Source: a bacterium (lineage in GTDB: Bacteria > Fidelibacterota > Fidelibacteria > Fidelibacterales > Fidelibacteraceae). Taken from it: 64,000 nucleotides of DNA. Shown one piece after another: positions 38,779-49,426 of the stretch (its first letter is position 1; every line of letters starts with the position of its first letter). The stretch spans positions 1,120,001 through 1,184,000 of the forward strand of contig OY781066.1 in NCBI GenBank assembly GCA_963676395.1, written 5' to 3'. Made by a program: the position numbers and the translations under genes. The notes under the pieces were generated by a model. That model was not told where the DNA came from. It worked only from the letters and a program-made list of their open reading frames with translations, and made no database searches.

Positions 38779-39756
38779 CTACAAACCCAACAAGTAAGCA
38801 AAAATCAATGGAGCTACAATTGTGGCATCAGATTCAATAATAAATTTAGGCGTATCGATACCTAATTTACCCCAGGTTATCTTTTCGTTAGGTACCGCCC
38901 CGGAATACGATCCGTAACTCGTTGTAGAATCAGATATCTGGCAAAAATAACTCCAAAAGGGTGTGTCGGTTCTTTCAAGATCCTGATACAACATTGGCAC
39001 AACACAAATAGGAAAGTCTCCGGCTATTCCCCCACCGATCTGAAAAAAACCAATTTGATTTGTTTCGGTGTTTTTTGTATACCAATCTGCCAATTGGATC
39101 ATGTATTCGATTCCAGATTTAACTGTTGATGGTTTTAGCTGACCTTTTATACAATAAGAAGCAAAAATGTTACCCATGGTTGAATCTTCCCATCCGGGAA
39201 CAATGATAGGTAAATTCTTTTCGGCTGCAGCAAGCATCCAACTATTTTTAGGATCTATTTCATAATATTGGTCAAGCACACCGGATAGCAACATCTTATA
39301 CATATATTCATGGGGAAAAAATCGTTCTCCCTTGCTCTCGGCATTTATCCAAATTTCAAATATATGGGACTGTAGACGGCGAAAAGCTTCCTCTTCGGGA
39401 ATACAGGTATCAGTAACCCGATTTAAGCCTTTTTCCAATAAATTCCACTCGTCTTCGGGTGACAGGTCGCGATACTGTGGAACTCGTTTATAATGCGAAT
39501 GTGCAACAAGATTCATTAGATCCTCTTCTAGATTCGCTCCGGTACACGTAATAATTTGAACTTTATCCTGCCGTATCATCTCTGCCAACGAAATACCAAG
39601 CTCCGCCGTACTCATTGCTCCGGCTAATGTGATCATCATTTTATTGCCTGTTTCTAACTGCTCTTCATAAGCTTTTGCCGCATCCACAACGGTTGCGGAA
39701 TTAAAATGCTTATAGTGCTTAAGCATAAATTGAGTAATTGCACCTTTTTTATTCAT
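38779..39756 (-). CDS. Deoxyhypusine synthase-like protein (probable homospermidine synthase)
   Basis: LAGAMSTAELG, CTGANLEED, GWEDST, QIGGGIAGDF, YGSYSGAVPNEKITWGK, ESDATIV. Start at ATG 39756, overlapping the speB stop. Confidence 0.9.
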   Translation of the reverse strand: MNKKGAITQFMLKHYKHFNSATVVDAAKAYEEQLETGNKMMITLAGAMSTAELGISLAEMIRQDKVQIITCTGANLEEDLMNLVAHSHYKRVPQYRDLSPEDEWNLLEKGLNRVTDTCIPEEEAFRRLQSHIFEIWINAESKGERFFPHEYMYKMLLSGVLDQYYEIDPKNSWMLAAAEKNLPIIVPGWEDSTMGNIFASYCIKGQLKPSTVKSGIEYMIQLADWYTKNTETNQIGFFQIGGGIAGDFPICVVPMLYQDLERTDTPFWSYFCQISDSTTSYGSYSGAVPNEKITWGKLGIDTPKFIIESDATIVAPLIFAYLLGL

Positions 39757-40612
39757 CGTTTTTACCTTTTTTAAATTTATAGGATAACATTTTATAGTAT
39801 AATTTTGCCACAAGAAAATCAGATGCCGGTTGGTTGGATATAGGAGCCAACTCAACAAGATCAAATCCCAACACATTCCGATTATTGAAAACTGCTTTCA
39901 TAAGATCGAGCACCTCATGCCAAAGAAGCCCACCCGGTTCGGGTGTTCCGGTGGCAGGCATGATCGAGGGATCAAAAACATCAAGATCCAATGTTATGTA
40001 TACCTCGGAACCAAGTTTTGATAATACATCATTGATCCAACTTTTATTAAGACGAAGATCCTGAGCAAAAAAACATTTATCTACATTAAGATATTCCTTT
40101 TCGGAAACATCCATGCTGCGAATTCCAACTTGAATTAAATTGGTCTTTTGTCCCGCTTCATGTAAAGCGCATGCGTGATTATAGGGAGTATCCATATAGA
40201 CATCTCTCAGGTCAGCATGAGCATCAAGATGCAAAATGCTTATATCGGGGTACACCTCCCTAAACGCCCGCATCACACCAATACTGATAGAATGCTCACC
40301 TCCAAAAAAGGTAAGGAACTTACCACTCGATATCAGCTCCTTTGTTTTATTATACACTGCCAATACCATTGCCTCGGGTGAGCTATCCTCTGTTATTGGA
40401 GGTAAAATATGAATCCCGCTCTTATAAACCTCACTGTCTGTTTCGATATCATAGAGTTCCATGTTTTCGGCGGCATCAAGAAATGCATCAAATCCTTGGT
40501 CCGCACCCTTTCCCCAAGTGCTTGTACCATCATAAGGAATAGATTGCAGTAAGGTTTTTGCAGTTTTAAAGTATGTGTATTTTTTGTCAATACCGGCAAA
40601 TTCTCTTATCAT
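39749..40612 (-). CDS. speB: Agmatinase
   Basis: GGEHSIS, HLDAHADLR, GIRS, DLDVFDPS...TGTPEPGG, DLVELAP. Confidence 0.93.
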   Translation of the reverse strand: MIREFAGIDKKYTYFKTAKTLLQSIPYDGTSTWGKGADQGFDAFLDAAENMELYDIETDSEVYKSGIHILPPITEDSSPEAMVLAVYNKTKELISSGKFLTFFGGEHSISIGVMRAFREVYPDISILHLDAHADLRDVYMDTPYNHACALHEAGQKTNLIQVGIRSMDVSEKEYLNVDKCFFAQDLRLNKSWINDVLSKLGSEVYITLDLDVFDPSIMPATGTPEPGGLLWHEVLDLMKAVFNNRNVLGFDLVELAPISNQPASDFLVAKLYYKMLSYKFKKGKNDE

Positions 40613-42015
40613 TTATCATACCCCAATATTTTAAACATTTCTTTGGCAGATTGCTCTTCGCGATAAACATGATGAGTAAAATTTCCTTTTTCATCGCGAT
40701 TTATGATCACATGTTTGGGAGAAGGTATTAAACAATGTTTTATTCCTCCATATCCGCTAATAGAATCCTGATAAGCGCCGGTATGGAAAAAACCAATATA
40801 TAGGGGTTCCTTGTCATCTTCGGAATATTTTGGAAGTAATATTTCTTGATTAAGGTCTTCTGAATTATAGTAATCAGAATGATCACAACTGATCCCACCT
40901 ATATTTACTCGTTGATATTCATTATTCCATTTATTAAGCGGTAACAAAATAAATTTTTCATGAATACTCCATGCGTCTGGGATCGTATTCATCAAACTAT
41001 TATTAATAATATACCATGCTTCAGCATCATTTTGTTTTTTCTGTTCCAATACCTTAAAAATTATTGCACCCGCCTCTCCAACGGTATATTTTCCAAATTC
41101 GGTGTATATATCGGGCTCTAAAACATTCTCTTGTTCACATGTTGTTTTGATGGTCTCAATAATAGTATTGATCATGTATTCATAGTTATATTCAAAACCC
41201 AAATGATTTCTAATCGGAAATCCTCCACCTAAATTAAATGAATCTAGCGATTCGCTCTCTTTTTTAAGTTCAATATATAACTTTAAAGCTTTTTGAAATT
41301 CACCCCAATAATAAAGCGTATCCTTAATGCCGGTATCCACAAAAAAATGCAACATTTTAAGTTCAACATTCTGGTCGTTTGTTATATTTTCTTTATAAAA
41401 ATCAAGTATTTCTTTATGTGGAATTCCAAGTCGAGAAGTATAATAAGCAGATTGAGCCTGTTCATTGACAGCCATTCGAATTCCAATTTTAAATTTATGC
41501 CCAGGTCGTATTTTTTTAATACGCAATAGTTCCTTTTTGCTATCTAATACAAGAATAGAATTCACAAATCCGGATTCCTGAAGCGCAATGATCTTTTCAA
41601 GATATTCATCCGTTTTGTAACCATTATGGATGATCGTACGCTCTTTATTTATTTTACCATCTTCAAGCAATTGTAAAATCAAGTCAATATCGTAAGCTGA
41701 AGAAGTCTCAATATTTACATCATGTTTCATGGCCTCATTGATTACATGATAAAAATGATTACATTTTGTACAATAACAATAATGATATCGACCTCTATAC
41801 TTAAACTTTTTAATAGATCTATTAAACAAATTGCGAGCCTTTTTTATCTGATCTCCAATTTTAGGAAGATAAATAAAACGGAAAGGTGTTCCATACTCTT
41901 CAACTAAATATTTAAGTGATACTCCATGGAATGTTAAAAATCCATCTCGTATATCAAAACCCTCTTGTGGAAAATAAAAACTTTGATCAATAAGATCAAA
42001 ATATGTGTTCTTCAT
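40609..42015 (-). CDS. speA: Arginine decarboxylase (short alanine-racemase-fold type)
   Basis: YCYCTKC (PLP Lys), ETSSAYD, YTSRLG, MLHFF, GGGFP, EFGKYTVGE, SCDHSDYY, TGAYQ; in operon with agmatinase. Confidence 0.88.
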   Translation of the reverse strand: MKNTYFDLIDQSFYFPQEGFDIRDGFLTFHGVSLKYLVEEYGTPFRFIYLPKIGDQIKKARNLFNRSIKKFKYRGRYHYCYCTKCNHFYHVINEAMKHDVNIETSSAYDIDLILQLLEDGKINKERTIIHNGYKTDEYLEKIIALQESGFVNSILVLDSKKELLRIKKIRPGHKFKIGIRMAVNEQAQSAYYTSRLGIPHKEILDFYKENITNDQNVELKMLHFFVDTGIKDTLYYWGEFQKALKLYIELKKESESLDSFNLGGGFPIRNHLGFEYNYEYMINTIIETIKTTCEQENVLEPDIYTEFGKYTVGEAGAIIFKVLEQKKQNDAEAWYIINNSLMNTIPDAWSIHEKFILLPLNKWNNEYQRVNIGGISCDHSDYYNSEDLNQEILLPKYSEDDKEPLYIGFFHTGAYQDSISGYGGIKHCLIPSPKHVIINRDEKGNFTHHVYREEQSAKEMFKILGYDK

Positions 42016-42281
42016 TAATGTTATTCCCTTTAATTTTCCTTTAATTATTAATACGTCTTTCTCTTCTTGAGATCTATTAAATATGTTTTTTATTCCTATT
42101 TTAACTTGTTGGTACTATGGCGTCGCGCCATTTAAACGAATATATTTATATGCATGTTTTTTTACAACAAAATTGAATATAATTTTTATTGTATAAAAAA
42201 ACCGACCACCCAAAGGCGGCCGATTCTTATATATAACAGAAGTTGCGTTAAGTCTATGTCATTCTAGTCGGGTGACATTTT

Positions 42282-42854
42282 TTAGAGCATCTTCAATATT
42301 TCATTTTTGTACTTTTCATACTCATATGAGCTAATCATCCCACGTCTGCGCAATCTGTGAAGATCAGCGATTTGCTCGACGATGTCCTCTATATGATCTT
42401 CGGCGTAGTCTCGGGGGTACATCTTGCCAACCATTTCACGAAGCTCTTGACTGACATAATAGTACTCTTTTTTATCGATCATACCTCGCTCATAGTATCT
42501 TTCCAGCCTATCTATTAGTGGCTCAATGTCGTGTCGCCTGATTACTTCTAAATTATTGTAACGATAGTGACGATGGTTATCACAAGAATTATAGCGATCA
42601 TATTTATCATGTCGATCATAATAATCATTATATGAACGACGTTTACTATAATTGCGATAGCCATAGTAACGATCATATGGATCGACATCAAAACGTAGAA
42701 CAAATTTTGGGGTTCTGGGTTTTACAATAATTACCTTTCTTCCATTCTGCGTTTTGTAACGAACTTGTCCATGGTGATCAATACGATATCCGGGGTTAGC
42801 GAGAAGAATACCCGTCATCAGCATCAGTGAAATAATTAGCAGTCTCTTTTTCAT
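42282..42854 (-). CDS. Exported hypothetical protein with Tyr/Arg/Asp-rich linker and two SHOCT-like repeats
   Basis: Signal peptide MKKRLLIISLMLMTGILLA; repeats LERYYERGMIDKKEY and LHRLRRRGMISSYEYEKYKNEIL. Confidence 0.65.
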   Translation of the reverse strand: MKKRLLIISLMLMTGILLANPGYRIDHHGQVRYKTQNGRKVIIVKPRTPKFVLRFDVDPYDRYYGYRNYSKRRSYNDYYDRHDKYDRYNSCDNHRHYRYNNLEVIRRHDIEPLIDRLERYYERGMIDKKEYYYVSQELREMVGKMYPRDYAEDHIEDIVEQIADLHRLRRRGMISSYEYEKYKNEILKML

Positions 42855-42977
42855 GGTATCTCCTTTCTATCTTGTTTCTTCTTCTATTATTAAGACACGT
42901 AAAAAGAGAAAAAAGGTTAAGAATAAAATAAAATTTATCATTATTGTGCTTTGAGATTATTTTTATATATTATCCTC

Positions 42978-43066
42978 GGAGAGATGGCAGAGTCTGGTCG
43001 AATGCGCCGCACTCGAAATGCGGTGTCCGCGTAAGTGGACCGGGGGTTCGAATCCCTTTCTCTCCG
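42978..43066 (+). tRNA. tRNA-Ser (anticodon CGA)
   Basis: GGAGAGA acceptor stem with TCTCTCC-G; anticodon arm CCGCA-CT-CGA-AA-TGCGG; long variable arm; GGTTCGAATCC T-loop; CCA not encoded. Confidence 0.96.
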
Positions 43067-43075
43067 CACTGGAAT

Positions 43076-43104
43076 AAAGCCCGTTAAACATTAACGGGTT
43101 TTTG
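43076..43104. terminator. Bidirectional intrinsic terminator
   Basis: AAAGCCCGTTAA-ACA-TTAACGGGTTTTT between the converging tRNA and DUF523/DUF1722 gene. Confidence 0.8.
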
Positions 43105-43106
43105 TT

Positions 43107-44048
43107 TTATACATGATTTCTCAATTTTAATTCATCCGGATGAGGGTGCAAATACCATTGTTTTAACAGATAGGATTCCTGGTATTTTCGCACATAATGT
43201 TGCAATAAAACGATGGGAACGATCAGGGGCACTAAATTATCATAATATCTATTAAACACTTCAAGCAGTTCACTTTTTTCATCGCTACTAAGTTGTTTCT
43301 TGAAATAACCCATAATATGTTGAAGAACGTTGGTATGTTTTTTCACCGAAGTCTTTAAATTTAGAATCTTTAGCAAAACCGGCTCATATAATTCAAAGTC
43401 TTTATTCAGCTTTGACCTTTGTGCCGCCGCCACGATCTTTCCCAATTCTTTTAACAGAGCGGGTGAGTGAGCCATAAACAAATATTTATGAGTAGCATGA
43501 AATTCAATAAAGCCTGAAATACTTCCATCGTTTTCACGAAATTCCAGCCAACGATCATAAACATAGATCTTTTCAATAAAATTTTCTCGTATTCCGGCAT
43601 CGTGCAACCGACCTTCATCCTCAATAGGAATATTCGGAAAACGCTTCATAAATTCCCTGGCGAATATCCCGGCTCCTCGATGAGAGGGCATCCCGGTTTC
43701 GGTGTAGATTTTTACTCCCCGCATTCCGGAGGTAGGTGATTTCGTTTTAAAAATAAAACCTCTCAGATTTTCTTTTTCAAGCTCATCCAATTTTTCATAA
43801 GTAAAATCAAGTATTTGATCTGTTTTATCCACAAAAGTTTTATTGGTAAATAATCTGGCGCTTTCGGTATCTTTTCCCACCAATCTCATTGCTTCTCGTG
43901 GTATACCCAAACCACATTCCGTTTCGGGACAAACGGGCACCCAGTCTACAAAAGAACCCAGCTCGTCTCTTAAAAAACGATCAAGTTTATGTTGTCCATC
44001 ATAACGTACTTTATCACCAAGTAAGCAGGTACTGATGCCAAGCTTCAT
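43107..44048 (-). CDS. DUF523 (TudS-like 4Fe-4S desulfidase) + DUF1722 (YbgA) protein
   Basis: GISTCLLGDKVRYDGQH, PVCPE..CGLGIPRE, EDEGRL, FHATHKY.FMAHS, NVLQHIMGYFK, YLHPHP. Confidence 0.9.
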   Translation of the reverse strand: MKLGISTCLLGDKVRYDGQHKLDRFLRDELGSFVDWVPVCPETECGLGIPREAMRLVGKDTESARLFTNKTFVDKTDQILDFTYEKLDELEKENLRGFIFKTKSPTSGMRGVKIYTETGMPSHRGAGIFAREFMKRFPNIPIEDEGRLHDAGIRENFIEKIYVYDRWLEFRENDGSISGFIEFHATHKYLFMAHSPALLKELGKIVAAAQRSKLNKDFELYEPVLLKILNLKTSVKKHTNVLQHIMGYFKKQLSSDEKSELLEVFNRYYDNLVPLIVPIVLLQHYVRKYQESYLLKQWYLHPHPDELKLRNHV

Positions 44049-44268
44049 AACAACTCCTGAATATTTATTGTTTGTACATTATTATACGCAATAAAATCTC
44101 AATATAACAGAAAAAGGCAGGATCGTCGTTTTAGCTTCAGCGAAAAGAATTGTTGATTATTTTTTTCTCTTCTCGACGGCAAATTATCTATCACTGATAT
44201 TTCTTCCAGGATATTTTGCATATACCTTAATTTTTAGTATATTTATTAAAACATAATGGAGGTAATAT

Positions 44269-44775
44269 ATGATTAATAAAAAGCTGGAAGGTCAAATCAA
44301 CCACCAGATCAATCGAGAACTATATTCACAAAATCTATACTTAGCCATGGCAGCTTACCTTGAAGATAAAGGCTTATCAGGCATGGCAAATTTCATGTAT
44401 GTTCAGGCGGAAGAAGAACGCTTTCATGCCATGAAACTATTTAAATATCTAATTGAGCGCGGTGGCCGAGTTATTATGGAAGCCCATGAGCAACCTCCCG
44501 TAGAATTCGAGTCTCCCTTGGCTGTTTTTGAAGAAGGTTTACAACACGAAGGTCTTGTAACGTCCTTAGTCAACAAACTGATGGATGTGGCTATCGAAGT
44601 TAACGATCATGCTGCCAAAAGCTTTTTAAATTGGTATGTTGATGAACAAGTTGAAGAAGAAGCAACTTTTCAGGGACTTCTTGATCAATTGAAATTAATA
44701 GACGGTAAAGGTCACGGTATGTTAATGCTTGATAAAGAATTGGCAACACATACATTTACCGCCCCTGCAGAATAA
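44269..44775 (+). CDS. ftn: Non-heme ferritin
   Basis: QINRELYS..LYLAMA, EEERFHAMK, HEGLVT, FLNWYVDEQVEEE. Confidence 0.95.
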   Translation: MINKKLEGQINHQINRELYSQNLYLAMAAYLEDKGLSGMANFMYVQAEEERFHAMKLFKYLIERGGRVIMEAHEQPPVEFESPLAVFEEGLQHEGLVTSLVNKLMDVAIEVNDHAAKSFLNWYVDEQVEEEATFQGLLDQLKLIDGKGHGMLMLDKELATHTFTAPAE

Positions 44776-44793
44776 TTAATAAAGAGGTGAAAT

Positions 44794-45174
44794 ATGACAA
44801 AACTAAGAGAAATCTACTATTGCTCAGTATGCGGCAATGTCATTGAAGTTTTCAATGAAGGCGCATCAGCCTTGGTTTGCTGCAATCAGAAAATGCAGAA
44901 ACTTGAAGCCAAAACCGAAGATTCAGCGGTTGAAAAACATGTTCCTTTTGTGGAAGAAGTTGAAGACGGAGTTATTGTTCGTGTTGGCGAAAACACAGCT
45001 CATCCAATGAATGAAGATCATCATATCAAATTCATTGAAGTCCATACAAAAGATATGGTTCTCAAAGCCGAGCTCGACCCCGAAGGTAAACCGGAAGCAA
45101 AATTCCCGGTAAAAAAAGCTGACATTGTAAAAGTTCGCGAATGGTGTAACCTCCACGGTCTGTGGGAAGCGTAA
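44794..45174 (+). CDS. dfx: Desulfoferrodoxin (superoxide reductase)
   Basis: CSVCGN...LVCC N-domain; EKHVP, HPM, CNLHGLW. Confidence 0.95.
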   Translation: MTKLREIYYCSVCGNVIEVFNEGASALVCCNQKMQKLEAKTEDSAVEKHVPFVEEVEDGVIVRVGENTAHPMNEDHHIKFIEVHTKDMVLKAELDPEGKPEAKFPVKKADIVKVREWCNLHGLWEA

Positions 45175-45184
45175 GGAGAAAATA

Positions 45185-45769
45185 ATGGATTTTAAAAACA
45201 GTAAAACCTGTGAAAACTTAATGAAAGCCTTTGCCGGCGAAAGTCAGGCACGTAACCGTTATACATATTATGCTTCAGTAGCAAAAAAAGAAGGGTATCT
45301 GCAAATAGCAGAAATTTTCACCGAAACCGCAGATAACGAAAAAGAACATGCAAAGTTGTTCTACAAACAACTTCTGGCAAACGGCATGAATGAAAGTGTC
45401 ATTGAGATCACAGCCGGCTATCCTGTTGGTTATGAGGACACAATTAAAAACCTTGAATACGCAGCTGATGGCGAAAAAGAAGAATGGGAAGAACTATATC
45501 CCATGTTTGCCGATATTGCCGAAGAAGAAGGTTATCCCGAAGTTGCTCGCGTTTTTCGCGGCGTTGCCGAAGTGGAGGTTCGTCACGAAAACAGATACCG
45601 CAAGCTTCTTGCAAATGTCAAAGATCATAAAGTCTTTAAAAAAGACGGTAAGGTTCTTTGGATCTGTAAAAACTGCGGACATATCGTTGAAGATATTGAA
45701 GCTCCCGAAATATGCCCTGTGTGCGCACATGGCCAAAAATACTTTGAACTTTGGACAGAGAACTATTAA
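45185..45769 (+). CDS. rbr: Rubrerythrin
   Basis: [28 protein letters not shown]-terminal CKNCG...CPVCAH. Confidence 0.95.
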   Translation: MDFKNSKTCENLMKAFAGESQARNRYTYYASVAKKEGYLQIAEIFTETADNEKEHAKLFYKQLLANGMNESVIEITAGYPVGYEDTIKNLEYAADGEKEEWEELYPMFADIAEEEGYPEVARVFRGVAEVEVRHENRYRKLLANVKDHKVFKKDGKVLWICKNCGHIVEDIEAPEICPVCAHGQKYFELWTENY

Positions 45770-45986
45770 ACATTTGGTTATTGTACAAAGATGAGTTATG
45801 TAAGGAACGGCAGTGACCGTTCCTTACTTTTTCTTTTGCTTTTTCCTCATATAAATTTTCAATTTTGCACTTCATTTCTAAGGCTTTCAACTTCTCTCGA
45901 CTTTTGCCTTTTATCTTTTGCCTTTTGCCTTAGTATTTATGTATATTACTTGGCTTATTTAGTTTATTTATAGGAGATTGTAAAAA

Positions 45987-47801
45987 ATGGGAATTATGGA
46001 TAAAATGCGCGAGCGTATGGGAGTGATCATGATCATCCTTGTCGCAGCTTTTGTTATAACCATTGTATTTAACTGGGGCGCCGGTGGCTTTGATACCTTT
46101 GCAAAACAAGGTGATGTTGTTGGTGTTGTAAATGGCGAAAAAATCACCATTCAGGAGTTTTATAAAAACTACAACAATGCCTTAGAACAATATCGTAACG
46201 CAGGTGTCACTGTAGATGCACGCACGTCAGAAGCTCTTCTTCAGCAAACATGGGAAACTGTTGTTTCTCAAACACTTTGGAATCAGGAAATCAAAAAACT
46301 TAACATCACGATTTCTGATGAAGAACTATATCATTATTTGGAATCAAATCCCCCTGAATTCCTAATGAATCAGGAAGCTTTCTTGACTGATGGTGTTTTT
46401 GATTACAGCAAGTACATTAACATTCTTAGAAATCCTCAAGGTAATGAGTGGATTGAGATCGAAAGATACTTACGTGACAATGTGCTACCATATCAGAAAT
46501 TAAACGATATGATCGTTTCTTCTGTTGTTGTTGATGAAAGTGACATTCTTCAAAAATATTCCGATCAATCATTATTATATACGGTTAACTGTTTAGCAGC
46601 TCCAGTACACATGATCGAAGATTCACTTGTTGAACTATACGATGAAGATGTGATTGAAAATTATGAAGCAAATAAAGACGAACTATACAAAAGCGATGAA
46701 GAACGTTACATTCGCGTTGTGTATTGGATGAAGGTTCCTTCTTCAGATGATACCGCTGCAGTTCTATTTGACCTTAACGATATTGTGCTCCGTCATGAAG
46801 AAGGTGAAGATTTTGATGAACTGGCTACTATTTTTTCAGAGTCATTCGAAGAAGGTTTAGCCGGAGATCTTGGTTGGTTTACAAAAGAAGATCTTCGCAA
46901 GGAATATCAGGAACCTGTATTTGCGGCCAAAGCCGGAAATGTTCTTGAACCGATTTTGATTGGTGATGAATACCATCTCATCAAAGTTACAGATACTCGC
47001 AAAGAAAAAGGTATTAAAGAGGTAAAGATCTCATTAATAACAAGAAAAATCGACCCACTTAACACTTATGACTACTTTGCTACGGAAGCTGAAGCCTTTG
47101 TTTTAGATTATGAAAGCTATGGCTTCGATAAAGCCCTTGATAATGTAGATGCTAAACTTGATACGATCAAAGGTGGTTTCAGTAAAGAATTTCCTTATTT
47201 TGCCACACTGGGTTACTTCCCCTCATTGGCAAAATGGATTTACCGTTCAGAAACAGGTGAATTGAGTCCTGTTTTCGAAAGCGAAACTGCAATTGTTGTT
47301 GCCCAACTTATTGATATTATCCCCGAAGCATACATGCCTTTAGAGGAAGTTAGAGAATCGGTTGAACGAGCTGTTCTAAGCGAGCTTAAAGCGGAAAAAG
47401 CCTTTGAAGTCCTTGAAGATGCTTACAACACTTTCAAAACAAAGGGAACCGATCTGGAAACATTGGCAGATAACAACGAACTTTTGGAATACACTGAAAT
47501 TTCTTCCAGTATTGATGAATTACCCTATCCCTATGGTTCATCTCCCGTCTTTGCTGATGTATTGCGTAATTTAACCATTTCTTCAACTTCACGTCCTTTT
47601 GAAACAGGTCGTTATGGGGCAGCTTTTATTGAATTAAAAGGACGCACAGCGATTGATGAAGAATTGTATAATCAAAAACATGATGAAATACAGAAAGCTC
47701 TGCTAGAAGAAAAACAACAGGAAGCTTACCAAGCTTGGATGGATGCTCTTCGTGAAAAAGCTGACATCAAAGATAATCGTGTTGATTTTGGATTGAATTA
47801 A
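45987..47801 (+). CDS. SurA N-terminal domain / PpiD-like periplasmic chaperone-PPIase
   Basis: N-terminal MDKMRE + TM; VGVVNGEKIT; FDELA..FSE....AGDLGWF rotamase. Confidence 0.85.
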   Translation: MGIMDKMRERMGVIMIILVAAFVITIVFNWGAGGFDTFAKQGDVVGVVNGEKITIQEFYKNYNNALEQYRNAGVTVDARTSEALLQQTWETVVSQTLWNQEIKKLNITISDEELYHYLESNPPEFLMNQEAFLTDGVFDYSKYINILRNPQGNEWIEIERYLRDNVLPYQKLNDMIVSSVVVDESDILQKYSDQSLLYTVNCLAAPVHMIEDSLVELYDEDVIENYEANKDELYKSDEERYIRVVYWMKVPSSDDTAAVLFDLNDIVLRHEEGEDFDELATIFSESFEEGLAGDLGWFTKEDLRKEYQEPVFAAKAGNVLEPILIGDEYHLIKVTDTRKEKGIKEVKISLITRKIDPLNTYDYFATEAEAFVLDYESYGFDKALDNVDAKLDTIKGGFSKEFPYFATLGYFPSLAKWIYRSETGELSPVFESETAIVVAQLIDIIPEAYMPLEEVRESVERAVLSELKAEKAFEVLEDAYNTFKTKGTDLETLADNNELLEYTEISSSIDELPYPYGSSPVFADVLRNLTISSTSRPFETGRYGAAFIELKGRTAIDEELYNQKHDEIQKALLEEKQQEAYQAWMDALREKADIKDNRVDFGLN

Positions 47802-47820
47802 TCTAATTAGAAATACTTTT

Positions 47821-47852
47821 AAAAAGCCTCGATGCATATCGGGGCTTTTTTT
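47821..47852 (+). terminator. Intrinsic terminator
   Basis: AAAAAGCCTCGAT-GCAT-ATCGGGGCTTTTTT. Confidence 0.8.
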
Positions 47853-47880
47853 GTATACCTGTCATTTAAAACTTTTTCTA

Positions 47881-47911
47881 AAAAAAAAGAGACGCAAATT
47901 TTGCGTCTCTT
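47881..47911 (-). terminator. Intrinsic terminator of the radical SAM-rng operon
   Basis: AAAAAAAAGAGACGCAA-AT-TTTGCGTCTCTT; U-tract on the minus strand. Confidence 0.8.
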
Positions 47912-47934
47912 ATATCTGCATCTAACTTTATGCA

Positions 47935-49425
47935 TTAATACATATTCGTAACATCCTGCTTATCTTTTCTTCTTAGAAAACGAAAAGATCCAACACCTAA
48001 TGATTCTTCTTTTATTATATCAATCTTAATACCATATTTAAACTGTGTTTTCCGCAGAACCTTTTTATTCTCTCTGATAAAATCATAAAGAAAAGGGTGA
48101 ACCTGTAATTCTACGCGACGTTCTTTTGTGTGCTGTCTAAAATTACGCACCCAACTGTCGATCTTTGTGATCATGCTTTCTTTACTGGGAATACGTCCAT
48201 AACCATGACACATTGGGCATTCATCTGAAAGTGAGAACATAATCGATAAGCGTATTCTTTCGCGCGTCATTTCAAGCAAACCATATCTTGAAAGATCACT
48301 CACACTCACAGAGGCCCTGTCTTTAGCTAACTCATCTTTAAATGTTTTTACAAGAATCTTTTTATTCTCAGGGATCTGCATATCAATAAAATCAATTACG
48401 ATCAAGCCGCTGATATCTCTTAAGCGCAATTGTCTGGCAATCTCTATGGCAGCCTCAAGATTCACTTTTAAGATGTTCTTTTCCTGATCTTTTTGACCTA
48501 TATATCGTCCACTATTAACATCGATCACGAACATTGCTTCTGTATGGTCAATGATCAAATGTCCACCACTTTTTAACCAAACTTTTCGCCTTAATAATTT
48601 ATCGGTTTCATCTGTGATACCATGTGCTGAGAACAGAGAACCTTCTTTATGAAAAAATATTCTTTCAAATAATTCCGGTGCCACATCTTTTACATAATTT
48701 TGAATGGCTCTAAATTTTCTTCGATTATCAACAATGACCGATTCAACTTCTTTGGTAAACATATCTCGAATAACAGATGATGTCATCGAATCGTTTTCGT
48801 AAACACGAATTGGATCTTTACCATCGGCTTTTACAGCACTTACAATTTGATCCCAGGCATTTGTTAATTGTTTAATATCACTTTTGATATCTTTTTCTTT
48901 TTTACCATCAGCAACGGTTCTGATAATAATACCAAAGCCCTTGGGCTTTATCGCCTTAGCAATCTCTTTTAATTTTGCGCGATGCTTATAATTCTTGATC
49001 TTTTTGGAGATTCCAATCACATCATGAAAGGGAGTTAATACGGCAAACCGACCCGGTATGGCAATATCTGTCGTTAAGCGTGGACCTTTGTTTGCGTAAG
49101 CATCCTTCACAACCTGCACCAAAATGCTTTGCCCTTTTTTTAGATCCTTTGCGGAATTGAATGTACGTGGAACCAGACTACCATTTTCAAAAGTGATATA
49201 ATCATTGATCTCCGAAAAGCCAAGAAAACCATTTTGATCTGTTCCCATGTCCATAAAACAGGCATGTATACCCGCTTGAACGTTTTCTACTTTTGCCAAG
49301 TATACATTCCCCACTGTTGAGACATCTTCAGGGGTTTCTATATAAAACTCGACAAGTTGCTTGTCTTCCATAATCGCAATTCTGGATTCCAGAGGCGTTT
49401 CACTGATATAAATATTTCGTTTCAT
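47935..49425 (-). CDS. rng: Rne/Rng family ribonuclease
   Basis: GNVYLAKVENV S1 domain, KGPRLTT, GIIIRT, IDVNSG, RQLRLRDISGLIVIDFIDM, EMTRER, CPMCHGYG. Confidence 0.93.
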   Translation of the reverse strand: MKRNIYISETPLESRIAIMEDKQLVEFYIETPEDVSTVGNVYLAKVENVQAGIHACFMDMGTDQNGFLGFSEINDYITFENGSLVPRTFNSAKDLKKGQSILVQVVKDAYANKGPRLTTDIAIPGRFAVLTPFHDVIGISKKIKNYKHRAKLKEIAKAIKPKGFGIIIRTVADGKKEKDIKSDIKQLTNAWDQIVSAVKADGKDPIRVYENDSMTSSVIRDMFTKEVESVIVDNRRKFRAIQNYVKDVAPELFERIFFHKEGSLFSAHGITDETDKLLRRKVWLKSGGHLIIDHTEAMFVIDVNSGRYIGQKDQEKNILKVNLEAAIEIARQLRLRDISGLIVIDFIDMQIPENKKILVKTFKDELAKDRASVSVSDLSRYGLLEMTRERIRLSIMFSLSDECPMCHGYGRIPSKESMITKIDSWVRNFRQHTKERRVELQVHPFLYDFIRENKKVLRKTQFKYGIKIDIIKEESLGVGSFRFLRRKDKQDVTNMY

Positions 49426-49426
49426 T

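Noticed and set aside
42978..44048. tRNA-anchored genomic island or prophage at either tRNA-Ser
   Set aside because: No integrase, no duplicated tRNA 3' end seen, and the flanking genes are ordinary cellular genes.
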